A stretch of DNA of 63,781 nucleotides from Candidatus Zixiibacteriota bacterium (GTDB lineage: Bacteria > Zixibacteria > MSB-5A5 > GN15 > FEB-12), in assembly GCA_041908405.1 (NCBI GenBank), contig JAYRFH010000250.1, forward strand, positions 1-63,781, in the 5' to 3' direction. The position numbers and the translations under genes are program-made. Shown in pieces: positions 28,836 through 38,272 of this stretch. Every line of letters starts with the position of its first letter. The first letter of the stretch is position 1. The notes beneath the pieces were generated by a model. That model saw only the letters and a list, made by a program, of their open reading frames with translations. It did no database searches and was not told where the DNA came from.

Positions 28836-29927
28836 ATGGCAGAACGAGCTGCCATACTCATTTCACGACAGTCATTGCGACCATCGGGGAAAACACCCTG
28901 GGTGGCCAATGCGGTGAAAACAGTACACTGGGTCAAAGAGCACGGGCTGTCGCTTAACAGTTCGATCGGCATGCAGACCTGGGAATTGGTAACGGCGCTG
29001 GCCTCACGCGACCGAATCCCTCTCACGGTATATATCCCAAACAGCTCAAAGCAGGTGAATTCACCTGACGAAATTGTGCGTCAATTCGCGCTGACGGCTG
29101 ATCATGTCGAATTCATTCCAGTGCACTCAGCGGAGAAAGATTCCAAGGAGGGAGAACTGTCTGCGCGGGATACACAGGTTGTGAGCGAGGCTGATATCCT
29201 CTTACCTATCTCGGTCAGGCCCGGTGGGCATATGCATATGCTCATCGAGGAAGCGCGGGCACAAGGGAAGCAGATCATTGAAGAGTTCACTGTTCCCTGG
29301 AAGCAGCCGCGAGAAGAGATCATCTCGCACTTTGACCGATGCTCAATCAATCCTGAGATAGACGCGTACTCATCAGAATTGCTCACACACTGGACCCGGA
29401 CACCGCATGGCCAATGGCCGGGCGAACGGGCGATAGATTATTATCTGGAGATGTCGCAAAGCGAGCGGTTTCCTCGAAGTGCCTTTGAAACGCTGCGGCG
29501 AATTGCGCGCACTAGTCGCCTACTGGCTTCGCCGCGACATATGCCATCGAATATCCCCACAGTCGCATTCAGCGCCCTCGCGCCGAGGGATTTGATACCA
29601 CTGATGCGCTGGCGCGCGCGATACGCGGAGATGAGTTTCGAGCCGTACGGGATCGGCATCCGTAAGGCGAGAGCGGCCGAGATCGGTATTAGGCCGGTTG
29701 TCTACTACGAGCGTACGAAGCCAGCGGAGTTTGAATTTTCCCCATGGCTTTGTCAGTCGATAGGATCCAAGACTGATTGGCGGCAGGAAGCAGAGTATCG
29801 GCACTACAGTGATCTGGCTATGGACATTTCGCCGCGTGACATCGTCCTCTTCTGCAGAACTGCTGAAGAAGCAGCTCAGTTGAGGCAGGAGTTTGGCATT
29901 CCCGCGATAAACCTCTTCGTAGAATAA
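28836..29927 (+). CDS. hypothetical protein: N-terminal DprA/SLOG-like Rossmann module plus C-terminal Abi-like module
   Basis: 363-aa ORF with a GGGGGA RBS, 39 nt after the permease gene. N-terminal AILISRQSLRPSGKTPWVANAVKTVHWVKEHGLSLNSSIGMQTWELVTALA...PLTVYIP...ARDTQVVSEADILLPISVRPGGHMHMLIEEARAQGKQI resembles the DprA fold pattern. C-terminal motifs are LTHWTR, VAFSAL, EPYGIGIRKARAAEIGIRPVVY and EAEYRHYSDL. Confidence 0.7.
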   Translation: MAERAAILISRQSLRPSGKTPWVANAVKTVHWVKEHGLSLNSSIGMQTWELVTALASRDRIPLTVYIPNSSKQVNSPDEIVRQFALTADHVEFIPVHSAEKDSKEGELSARDTQVVSEADILLPISVRPGGHMHMLIEEARAQGKQIIEEFTVPWKQPREEIISHFDRCSINPEIDAYSSELLTHWTRTPHGQWPGERAIDYYLEMSQSERFPRSAFETLRRIARTSRLLASPRHMPSNIPTVAFSALAPRDLIPLMRWRARYAEMSFEPYGIGIRKARAAEIGIRPVVYYERTKPAEFEFSPWLCQSIGSKTDWRQEAEYRHYSDLAMDISPRDIVLFCRTAEEAAQLRQEFGIPAINLFVE

Positions 29928-29932
29928 AGAAA

Positions 29933-29954
29933 GGGCCGGTCGCAGGACCGGCCC
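29933..29954. terminator. bidirectional hairpin terminator between convergent genes
   Basis: GGGCCGGTC-GCAG-GACCGGCCC, flanked by AAAGAAA on one side and TCTGTATTAT on the other. Confidence 0.65.
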
Positions 29955-29977
29955 TCTGTATTATCTCAAGATTACTG

Positions 29978-32900
29978 TCACTTCAGTAGAAGCATCTTCC
30001 GAGAGGCGCTGAACTTACCCGCGGTGAGTCGATAGAGATAGACGCCGGAGCCTTCGCCCCGACCATCCCACCGTATCTCCGTTCGTCCGGCGCGTGCCGA
30101 TCCATTCCGCTGAAATACTTCGCGACCGGTCACATCATACACGGTTAATTGATATTCCGACGCGCGCGGCAGTTCAAACGCAATAGTCGTGTTTGGATTG
30201 AACGGGTTCGGGTAGTTCTGCATCAACGCGAAATTCCGCGGCAAGGTTGGATCATCGCCGGGAACATCGGTGGAGATGTCGGTTGAGAACATCCGTATCG
30301 GGGAACTGGAAGACAAACCGACATTATCTTCCGCTACCACTTGCCAGTAATACTCCGATAGATCCAGGAGTGAATCGGTGAGCGTGACAGTTGTATCGGT
30401 GATATCGGCGATCTCTGCCGCGGGAGACAGGCCAGGGTCGCTGCCATAGCGGAGTGTGTAGTGGACTACGTCGTTGGGATTCGGGTCGGTCGATCTGTGC
30501 CAGACAAAGGTCGGCAAGAGAGATGGGACAACGCCATCGGCCGCTGGAGAGATCTGAGTCGCCACTGAAGGCGCCTGCCCCGCAACCAAGGCGTAGGCGA
30601 ACGGCGCTCGCGTGGCGGCATCCTTAATGAGCGCGAGATCCGCTCCTCCGATGATCGCTATCACGACTGTATCCAATTGCCCTGCCGCCAAAGTCAGCGG
30701 TCCGGCCGCGATCGTCTGCACCAGATCATTGATGGAATCTCTTAACACAACCGGGTTGCTGACACCGGCATTCAGCATCTGGTATTTTTCGACATCGGTG
30801 TAGCCATTCGCGCCGGTCCCCCACCAGGCAAGCCAGACAGTGAACGCCTTTGACGTTGCTGCAGTTGCCAACGGCCCTTCAAGAAGTTTCGCGCCACGGA
30901 AGCGCGAAAGATTGGGGTCAAAGTATGACCCGGAATTGTACGCCGACCAGAGGAATTGCTCTGCGGATTCCCAGCCACCGGCATTACGCGAGTAAGCCGG
31001 CGAGATATCCCAGTCGAGGCTGAGACCGAATTTCAGATTGTTGAGCGTGCTTCCTGAATTATTCTTGAGGATGAACTGCAGCACCGCGATATCACCATAG
31101 GGCGGGGCAAAGCTGTATGCGTTCTGCGTGACTTCGAGACCGATAGGCAGACTCGCGCCAGAGTCATCAAACCTGCAACGGCTGACTTCGTCGATACCGG
31201 TTCCGACCACCTGGAAGGTCATGTCGCCATTCGGCGCGACCCGGAAATCAAGCTCCGGCTCGGGTAATTGAAAACGCAAGGCCGCCGATATTTTGGTTGG
31301 TCCGGTCGACGCCATAACGCCGCCTTCGTAAAGATCACTCCCGAGACCATCCAAATTGAAACCGGCGCCTCCAGCGGGGAAGATCGACGCGGCACCCAAT
31401 CCGATCGCGCCGAAGTTCGAGACGGAGTAGGTCAGTCGGCTGGTCTGGTGCGTGGCAAGCGCTTTGGAATTGCGTGGCTCAACCACAAACGCAAGACTTG
31501 TGTTGACGGTATAGGGGCCATTGGTGATCTGGAAGGGGACCGTGATCACCTGCCCTTGCGCGACCGAGTTGGAGATAGTCACGCTCAGATTGTCGGACGA
31601 TGTGTCTACCACATTCGGCCCTACTGTTCCAAAGCCAACAGTGCCATCGGTGATGGTCAACAGCGGATGAGTTCCGGTGATAGTGCCGGTCAATCCATTG
31701 ACATTGCTTCCCAGATTCTGTACGACCACCGGACCGGTCACAATATCACCTGGTTCTATCGTAATATGAATGAAATCATATAACCGTACCTGCGGTGTGC
31801 CCGGAGCAGACGGGAGCGCGTTGAGCGCGGCGAGGCAATCGATCTCTCCCCAGCCGACATCGTTATTCGGGGTCGACCAGCTATAGGTCTGCGTGGTATT
31901 CAGGATCGCCTGCTTTATCTGCGTAACGGTGGCGGCGGGATTCTTCTGGCGAAGCAGGGCCACAAGTCCGGAGACATGCGGCGCGGCCATCGAAGTACCG
32001 GTCATTACGCCATAGGTCGAACCAGGGAGCGTTGAGCGCACCTGATATCCCGGCGCCATGACATTGGGTTTGATAGCGCCGTTGCAGGTGGATGGACCGC
32101 GCGAGGACTGGACATCGACCGTGGGTACGATCGTTGTGAAGCGAAGCATTCCGACCGCAAAGCAGTCGAGCGAGTCATTCGCGCGATTCGCCGGATTGTA
32201 AATCGTGGAGGCCGTCGAACCTGTGTTACCGGCGGCGAAGATATTGACGATTCCCAGAGCTTCGGTCGCATCAATGAAATCATAGAACATATTTTCGCAG
32301 CCAACCCATCGATTCTCATACCCCCAGCTATGATTAATAACATCGGGACGGTCGGAGATCGTGTTCGGGTCGCTGTCGGGGTCAACCGCCCACTCGAAGG
32401 CATCGGCCACGGAGGCACCAGGAATATCGATCACCGCGGCGGATATCCATTTGGCATCGGGGGCGACACCGTAGGCTCGATCATTGACCGAATCCAGACC
32501 AACCATGATCCCCATGGTGTGCGTGCCGTGCATCGGGGCGTAGGAATTGTTGAACGTGTGCGGTGCAAGCTGCTTGGCGGTCGGGTCAAACCAGGAAGCA
32601 AGCGAATCCTGGCGACTTCCACCACGGCCGCGCCAGCTTCGCTGTAATGCCGGATGGTCGCCTTGTACGCCGGTATCAAATGAACAGATAACCCGCCCGG
32701 CTCCGGTCCAGCCGGCATTCCATGCCTGCGGGGCCTTGATATGCTTGAGATTATCCATCACTGAGTCGGCGGCAATATCGGCTTCCGACAAAGCGGCTTC
32801 GTAGATCGGTCGAATGCCCTGAATCTCGGGCTCGGGATAGATCACGTCGATATCTGACCGGGCGGCCAGCGCGTTCAGTTCCGAGGCGGAGATATCAACC

Positions 32901-33256
32901 TCGACCATATTGACCAGCCAGTGGGGCTTAATACGCGAAACCTGATTCCGCCGCTCAAGAGTCTCAAGGTAGCCGATCAGTTCGCGTTGCGCGCCTTGGT
33001 GTGCCAATTTGAGATTGGTGATGGCATCGCGATGTTGCTCCGCCGCACTTGCGGAAGGTGGCATGGTCTTGAGCGCGCTGGCTGTTGGCGATTCCGGGAG
33101 CCTGATCCAGACACGGAGAGTCTGGTCCGCATCGAGCGCGGCTATCTTCTGAGCAAGATGGGGAGAAAGCTGACCCGCCATGAGGTTGGCGCAGAAGAGG
33201 ATCAGGAACAGGGCGAGAAGCAGGGTCAGGCGAGTGGTCATTGGTTTCTCCATCAT
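29978..33256 (-). CDS. S8-family subtilisin-like serine peptidase with a T9SS-type C-terminal sorting domain
   Basis: 1092 aa. Signal peptide and an I9-like propeptide. Catalytic triad motifs FDTGVQGDHPAL, HGTHTMGIMVG and GTSMAAPHVSGLVALL. C-terminus MQNYPNPFNPNTTIAFELPRASEYQLTVYDVTGREV...SGVYLYRLTAGKFSASRKMLLLK. Confidence 0.93.
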   Translation of the reverse strand: MMEKPMTTRLTLLLALFLILFCANLMAGQLSPHLAQKIAALDADQTLRVWIRLPESPTASALKTMPPSASAAEQHRDAITNLKLAHQGAQRELIGYLETLERRNQVSRIKPHWLVNMVEVDISASELNALAARSDIDVIYPEPEIQGIRPIYEAALSEADIAADSVMDNLKHIKAPQAWNAGWTGAGRVICSFDTGVQGDHPALQRSWRGRGGSRQDSLASWFDPTAKQLAPHTFNNSYAPMHGTHTMGIMVGLDSVNDRAYGVAPDAKWISAAVIDIPGASVADAFEWAVDPDSDPNTISDRPDVINHSWGYENRWVGCENMFYDFIDATEALGIVNIFAAGNTGSTASTIYNPANRANDSLDCFAVGMLRFTTIVPTVDVQSSRGPSTCNGAIKPNVMAPGYQVRSTLPGSTYGVMTGTSMAAPHVSGLVALLRQKNPAATVTQIKQAILNTTQTYSWSTPNNDVGWGEIDCLAALNALPSAPGTPQVRLYDFIHITIEPGDIVTGPVVVQNLGSNVNGLTGTITGTHPLLTITDGTVGFGTVGPNVVDTSSDNLSVTISNSVAQGQVITVPFQITNGPYTVNTSLAFVVEPRNSKALATHQTSRLTYSVSNFGAIGLGAASIFPAGGAGFNLDGLGSDLYEGGVMASTGPTKISAALRFQLPEPELDFRVAPNGDMTFQVVGTGIDEVSRCRFDDSGASLPIGLEVTQNAYSFAPPYGDIAVLQFILKNNSGSTLNNLKFGLSLDWDISPAYSRNAGGWESAEQFLWSAYNSGSYFDPNLSRFRGAKLLEGPLATAATSKAFTVWLAWWGTGANGYTDVEKYQMLNAGVSNPVVLRDSINDLVQTIAAGPLTLAAGQLDTVVIAIIGGADLALIKDAATRAPFAYALVAGQAPSVATQISPAADGVVPSLLPTFVWHRSTDPNPNDVVHYTLRYGSDPGLSPAAEIADITDTTVTLTDSLLDLSEYYWQVVAEDNVGLSSSSPIRMFSTDISTDVPGDDPTLPRNFALMQNYPNPFNPNTTIAFELPRASEYQLTVYDVTGREVFQRNGSARAGRTEIRWDGRGEGSGVYLYRLTAGKFSASRKMLLLK

Positions 33257-33533
33257 ATCGACGGTGCACTGTGACGATCAGTTGAGAGGAATCTGCGGCA
33301 TTTCCGAGTCACCTAACTTCTCACTAATCGTATGCATTCCAGTATCTTATTTGTAGTAAACACCGGGCGGCCGGTCTGGTTCAAGGGTGTGACGCATTTC
33401 GTCGCACGGCTGTCGTGAGCGGCGCTAACCTCGAACAGATAACAAGATACATTAGAATCGACCACTTGTAAAGCTGGGCCCAATTATCTACCTTCAGGCG
33501 GATTATCACGACGACAGAAGGAACAAAACAGAT

Positions 33534-34043
33534 ATGGATACTACCTCCCTCTCCCCCGAACTGATGCGCGCGATGCTGGATGATTTTGCCAAAAACTGGC
33601 TGGCCCACGATGGCCTCTGGTTTCAGGCGGTCGAAAAGCACTATGGGATGGAGAAAGCGATCGAACTGGATACCGAGGCCTGGGAGCAGTTCACGGTTAT
33701 CGAAGCGAAGCGGATAATGGCGCTGCACAAGATACCGGCTAACTCCGGCCTTGATGGCCTGAAGAAAGCTTTGGGATTCAGGCTCTACGCGTTTCTCAAT
33801 GAGCAGACGATTCGGAATGAGACCTCAAACTCGTTCGAATTCTATATGGATGATTGCCGGGTGCAGTCCGCGCGAAAGCGCAAATCACTGCCACTGTTTC
33901 CGTGTAAGTCGGTCGGGTTGGTGGAATACGCCGGATTCGCGAGAACTATCGACCCGCGGATCGTGACGGAGTGTATCGGTTGTCCGCCCGATGCCCACGC
34001 GGGGAATGAATATTTTTGCGGGTGGCGCTTTAGCATCAAATAA
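33534..34043 (+). CDS. hypothetical cytosolic protein, possibly DUF6125/ATC-hydrolase-like (family assignment uncertain)
   Basis: 169-aa ORF followed by a strong terminator. Contains NWLAHDGLWFQAVEKHYGMEKAIELD and a Cys-containing C-terminus (CKSVG...ECIGCPPDAH...FCGWRF). Confidence 0.65.
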   Translation: MDTTSLSPELMRAMLDDFAKNWLAHDGLWFQAVEKHYGMEKAIELDTEAWEQFTVIEAKRIMALHKIPANSGLDGLKKALGFRLYAFLNEQTIRNETSNSFEFYMDDCRVQSARKRKSLPLFPCKSVGLVEYAGFARTIDPRIVTECIGCPPDAHAGNEYFCGWRFSIK

Positions 34044-34073
34044 TCCCTGACCACGTACTGTCAAAGAATCCAA

Positions 34074-34101
34074 ACGGCGCCTGCGAGCAGGCGCCGTTTT
34101 T
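34074..34101 (+). terminator. rho-independent terminator
   Basis: ACGGCGCCTGC-GA-GCAGGCGCCGT followed by TTTT. Confidence 0.75.
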
Positions 34102-34164
34102 CCGTGTGCGTTGGTCAGCGGCGAGTGCGCGACTAGTCCAGCCGCTCGCTGCCAACGAGAGGGC

Positions 34165-35007
34165 TCACGCGGGGCAATTTGGCAAAGTAGGCTTCGGCGT
34201 CACGGTCAGAAACGCGATCAGGAGTGACAGGTCGGAAAGATCCGGCGTTGTCGCAACTGAACCATTCACATTCGCCTCAGCAAGGCACGGCAAAGTCGGC
34301 TTCGGAGTGACTGTCAGATAGGCTACGAGCAGCGACAGATCCGACAAGTCCGGCGTCTCCGAGACAGATTTGTTGACATTCCCCCGTGTCCCGGTGCAGC
34401 AGTAGAGTGGATTGATGCGCAGGGTGTCCTTCATGAATGTCGCGTGCGGAGTGCAGACATACGGGAATGGCCCCATGCCATCGCCTGCGGTAAAGACCAA
34501 ACTGAAAGTCTCCGACGTGAGCAACAGGTCGCTGTCCCAGGTTTTGGGCGAGCCGGGCGCGGAGGTCGAGGTGTGGATCATGGTACCATTGTTGGTCCAG
34601 ACAACTGTGTCGCCTGGATTGATAACGAGGCCAGAGGGCTGGAACTCGAAATCAACGATACTGATCTGATGTTTGGTCTGCACAAAGATGGTGTCGATCA
34701 TCCCCAGATGGATCGTACAGGTATACGGGAACGGCCCCTTCCCATCGGCAGGATTAATGACGATCTGGTATGTCCCGGCAGAATTTATTAAACCGGAGTT
34801 CCAGGTCTTGGGTGAGCCGGGGTCGGAGACCGAGTTGTGCGCAAATCCATCCATGTTGATCCATCGGACCGTGTCGCCGTAGCTCGCTTTGGTTTTGAGC
34901 GGAACGAATTGTGAGCCCATGATATGGATCTCGTGGATGGTCGCGTGCGCAAGCGTTGGAAGAACCAACGCCGCAATCAGCACAGTAGATAATAGAAGTC
35001 GCTTCAT
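34165..35007 (-). CDS. secreted protein with two type-1 copper (cupredoxin) domains and a C-terminal dockerin-like twin repeat
   Basis: Signal peptide MKRLLLSTVLIAALVLPTLAHA. Domain 1 has FAHNSV...YTCTIHLGM. Domain 2 has IHTSTS...YVCTPHATFM. Both carry the full H/C/H/M ligand set, amicyanin/plastocyanin-like. The tail is CCTGTRGNVNKSVSETPDLSDLSLLVAYLTVTPKPTLPCLAEANVNGSVATTPDLSDLSLLIAFLTVTPKPTLPNCPA. Confidence 0.85.
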   Translation of the reverse strand: MKRLLLSTVLIAALVLPTLAHATIHEIHIMGSQFVPLKTKASYGDTVRWINMDGFAHNSVSDPGSPKTWNSGLINSAGTYQIVINPADGKGPFPYTCTIHLGMIDTIFVQTKHQISIVDFEFQPSGLVINPGDTVVWTNNGTMIHTSTSAPGSPKTWDSDLLLTSETFSLVFTAGDGMGPFPYVCTPHATFMKDTLRINPLYCCTGTRGNVNKSVSETPDLSDLSLLVAYLTVTPKPTLPCLAEANVNGSVATTPDLSDLSLLIAFLTVTPKPTLPNCPA

Positions 35008-35196
35008 TGAATCCTCCTCTGACGCACGGCTTGCCCCGCCGGAGCATCACGATGATCGGGTGTGAACGGACAGTGTGTTGGAAGACAGAGTAGATTGGTC
35101 GATGTTTCGTACAGCCAACCCCCACTGCGCGACAGACGTCCCCGTCTGCCCGGCCCAAGCACTTGACCGTGCCGCACAAAACCACTTACTTCCCCC

Positions 35197-36054
35197 ATGC
35201 CCCCGATTGCCACACTCGTTGATTCACACACGGTTACACTCAAGCCGGTCCCGGCCTCGATTGTCGAAAAGATGTACGACCGGTCGGTCCTGACCGAGAC
35301 CGTTGTTGAAAAGATCACTTACCTCTCGGACGGCTACAAAGTGAAAGGGTATATCGCGCGGCCTAAAGCGGAAGGGCGGTACCCGGTGATAATCTGGAAT
35401 CGCGGCGGATATGGTCTGCACGGGTCGCTGGAAGACCTCACCGCGTATCTGATTCTCGCCTCGACGGCCGTCTGGGGGTATGTGATGCTGGCGACGCAGT
35501 ACCGCGGCAATCATGGAGGCGAAGGAGTCGAAGATTGGGGGGGCGAGGATGTCCGCGACGCGTACAACCTGATCGGTCTGGCGGAGACTCTCCCCTATTG
35601 CGATCCGAACCGCATCGCGGTCGAAGGCGCCAGTCGTGGCGGGATGACCACCTATCGGTTGCTCACGATGTATGACCGCTTTAAGTGCGCAATCGTCCAT
35701 GCCGGAGTTGCCGATGTCGACAAATTGTGCGAAGTGCGCGAGGATTTCTGCAAGCTGTTCGACAAACTGTTTGGGGATTTGCCCGTCTCACAACGTTTCG
35801 AAGAGATTCGGAAGCGTTCGGCGACGCAGATAGCATCGCAGTTCCCGAAGACCACTCCCATCCTTCTGCTACATGGGACGGCCGATAAAAAGGTGCCGAT
35901 TGAGCAGTCGATCGCGCTGGATGCGGTGCTGACGAAGTTGGGACATCCGCACGAGTTTGTCACGATCCAGGATGGCGGGCATGTGTCATTGAAGGACGGC
36001 TCATATCGGGAGATAGATAAGTATCGCAGGGTTTGGTTGGAGAGGTATCTGTAG
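35197..36054 (+). CDS. S9-family / dienelactone-hydrolase-like alpha/beta serine hydrolase
   Basis: Nucleophile elbow VEGASRGGMTT. Also LLLHGTADKKVP and a late GGH, consistent with a Ser/Asp/His triad. Confidence 0.8.
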   Translation: MPPIATLVDSHTVTLKPVPASIVEKMYDRSVLTETVVEKITYLSDGYKVKGYIARPKAEGRYPVIIWNRGGYGLHGSLEDLTAYLILASTAVWGYVMLATQYRGNHGGEGVEDWGGEDVRDAYNLIGLAETLPYCDPNRIAVEGASRGGMTTYRLLTMYDRFKCAIVHAGVADVDKLCEVREDFCKLFDKLFGDLPVSQRFEEIRKRSATQIASQFPKTTPILLLHGTADKKVPIEQSIALDAVLTKLGHPHEFVTIQDGGHVSLKDGSYREIDKYRRVWLERYL

Positions 36055-36087
36055 GCGATGGGATGGGGATAGGGTTGGTGTTGGTCT

Positions 36088-36891
36088 TCATCCCCTCTGC
36101 ATCATAAGGAACTCATACCCGACATACGCCTGGTATTTTCGCGAGATATCGAGTTCATGCTCAATCGACTCGATCTTCTCAATCTTCCACTGCTCGTTCG
36201 CGTACTTGGCCCGAAGCATCGCAAGACGAGCCTCTAGTGGTCGATAGCAGTCGGTCCACCAGGATGATTCCGGCAGTGTGAAGTGATCGAGCAGGTGAAG
36301 TCCGCACTCCCGGATTACCGCGAGGTTCTCCGAAATCCCTTGAATCGCAGGATACTCGTTCATCCAGAACTGCAGGCACTCCTCAGGCGGCTCAGAGCGT
36401 GTCCAGGCAACCTCGGTGATCGCCATCGTGCCACCTGGCGAGAGCAGGTCGCGGCAGATCGACAATCCATTGCGAAAGCCCAGATTGTAGATAGCGCCTT
36501 CCGACCAGATCAGGTCAAAACTTCCAGGTTGAAACGGCATCTTCCGTATATCCAGACAGAGCGGCCTAATTTGCGAGGCCAGTCCGGCGGCATCGGCGCG
36601 GCGCATCAATTCATCGAGATACGGCTGGTGAAAGTCGATAGCGGTAATGTTTGCTTGGGTTTCCCGGGCGAGCCAGATAGTCTGCGCTCCAGTGCCGCAT
36701 CCGATATCGAGAATGCGGAGAACGGACGGATCAAGCGCAGGGCTGAGCTGTTGCATCGCCGAGAGGATCGTGCACAGCGCGCGAGTTGCGGACTGCTCAT
36801 CCCCCGGCCCCAGGCGCGGAAGCGACGGGTCGAAGATCTCAAAGAAAAAGGGGGACAGAGCAGATTCGGTCATGTTTGGCTTCTTCCTCAT
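36088..36891 (-). CDS. class I SAM-dependent methyltransferase
   Basis: Motif I ILDIGCGTGAQT and post-I ITAIDF. The start could instead be the internal MTESALS. Confidence 0.85.
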   Translation of the reverse strand: MRKKPNMTESALSPFFFEIFDPSLPRLGPGDEQSATRALCTILSAMQQLSPALDPSVLRILDIGCGTGAQTIWLARETQANITAIDFHQPYLDELMRRADAAGLASQIRPLCLDIRKMPFQPGSFDLIWSEGAIYNLGFRNGLSICRDLLSPGGTMAITEVAWTRSEPPEECLQFWMNEYPAIQGISENLAVIRECGLHLLDHFTLPESSWWTDCYRPLEARLAMLRAKYANEQWKIEKIESIEHELDISRKYQAYVGYEFLMMQRG

Positions 36892-37003
36892 CGAGCGAGC
36901 AGTTGAAAGACACGGACGTGGGCAACATAATCCACGACGCGAGATGGGTCAAGGAGGGCAATCGCAATCATATCCGATACCCAGCAACTCCGAGAGAATC
37001 CTC

Positions 37004-37032
37004 TTGAATTAATGGCCTTACGTATCTATGAT
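37004..37032 (+). promoter_or_regulatory. sigma-70-type promoter candidate
   Basis: TTGAAT, a 17-nt spacer, TATGAT. This is followed by an AGGAGGAG RBS and ATG 37050. Confidence 0.35.
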
Positions 37033-37049
37033 ATAGTTCAGGAGGAGTT

Positions 37050-38081
37050 ATGCGGCCAATCCTATCAATCTGCAGTGTCCTGATTTTGGCTCTGTTGTCA
37101 TGCGAAGGCGACAATCCTGTAAGGCCAGTGCCTGTAAAAGATTACAGTTTTTATGCGTGGTGTGGATGTGATAACGACTGGTACTATGCCGTTCATACGG
37201 TAGCAGATTCGATAGATACCATTCCGTTAGTTCCATATTATGCATGGTATGGCCTGCAGGTGTCCGCAGACGGCGGCGAACTGTATGTCGCGATGCGCGA
37301 ATCAGTTAAGGTCATTCAGATCTCAGACTACACAGAGATTGCTTCGATCTCACAAAAGGCTTACGAGTTCCTCGAAGTGTCCAGCGATGGAAATTACATA
37401 GCAATCGGCGGTGAAAGTCTTGCAGTCTATACTACCGGCGATTATTCGATGGTTTATCACAAGTCAGGCGAGATCTATGCCGCGGCCTTCGCAGGCAATA
37501 GCAGTGTCTTTTATTACGCGGACAGGACAGTCTCGCCAAATGTGGTTCGGCGAGTCGACTTGCTAACGGGCAACGAAACGGATTATGAGTGGCCATCAGG
37601 CGGAATCACCGAGATGAGAGTAAGACAGGACGAGTCGACCTGGTACCTGTATTCCCAGTCCATTTCCACGACAGGAAGGTTTGAAGTGTACGATGTTGCT
37701 TCGGACTCCATCGTCTTTCGAGAATGGTTGTCACCGAGTTACGGTACCCTTCAGCTATCCCCAGATGAACGATGGGTAGCGTATTCCTATCCAGGAACAC
37801 CCTTTGACGGCTACAACGGTCCATCGCAATTCACATTGTTTGATGCTACTGAGAACAGAATCAAGATGATCGTCAGCACCGCAGCGATAGAAGACGGCTT
37901 GAACCCGGTCTATATGCCAATCGGTGAAATCGAGTTTGCGCCTGATGGTCGAACACTTCTGGCCGCGGAAGCTGGTGGTGCGGGCTCGTTTCTAATGTTC
38001 GATCTGAGAGAACTTGAGATCATACGTTACACCAAAATGGCCGGGATGATTGGTAGCTTCTCCTGTCAACAACGGCCGTAG
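37050..38081 (+). CDS. lipoprotein of unknown function, predicted beta-propeller
   Basis: Lipobox MRPILSICSVLILALLSC. Repeated blades read ELYVAMRE, NYIAIGGESLAVY, VFYYADR, WYLYSQ, RWVAYSY and RTLLAAE. Visibly more AT-rich than its neighbours. Confidence 0.72.
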   Translation: MRPILSICSVLILALLSCEGDNPVRPVPVKDYSFYAWCGCDNDWYYAVHTVADSIDTIPLVPYYAWYGLQVSADGGELYVAMRESVKVIQISDYTEIASISQKAYEFLEVSSDGNYIAIGGESLAVYTTGDYSMVYHKSGEIYAAAFAGNSSVFYYADRTVSPNVVRRVDLLTGNETDYEWPSGGITEMRVRQDESTWYLYSQSISTTGRFEVYDVASDSIVFREWLSPSYGTLQLSPDERWVAYSYPGTPFDGYNGPSQFTLFDATENRIKMIVSTAAIEDGLNPVYMPIGEIEFAPDGRTLLAAEAGGAGSFLMFDLRELEIIRYTKMAGMIGSFSCQQRP

Positions 38082-38244
38082 AGTGTGCCCGTCAAATCGA
38101 AAATAGCACGTCTGGATTCCCGCCTGCGCGGAATGAGGCTTGTAGCAATATTAGTGAGTGACGAGCCTCTAAGATATTCTCGTTCGAAAAAGTTATATAC
38201 TTATTCTACAATCACTTAACTGGGGGGATACGGCAAAATATCCC

Positions 38245-38272
38245 TTGCCAATTTCCCTCAATCCTCTATATT
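38245..38272 (+). promoter_or_regulatory. sigma-70-type promoter candidate for the ffh operon
   Basis: TTGCCA, a 16-nt spacer, TATATT. Lies about 115 nt upstream of ffh. Confidence 0.35.

Noticed and set aside
34106-34321. 71-aa plus-strand ORF with an internal repeat (GKVGFGVTVR twice).
   Set aside because: It is the antisense shadow of the duplicated dockerin-like repeat coding sequence of gene 34165..35007. The DNA repeat is explained by that tandem protein repeat.
35157-35174. Sigma-54-like GGCAC...TGCT upstream of the di-cupredoxin gene (minus strand CGGCACGGTCAAGTGCT).
   Set aside because: The GG-to-GC spacing is one nucleotide too long, and sigma-54 promoters do not tolerate spacing changes.
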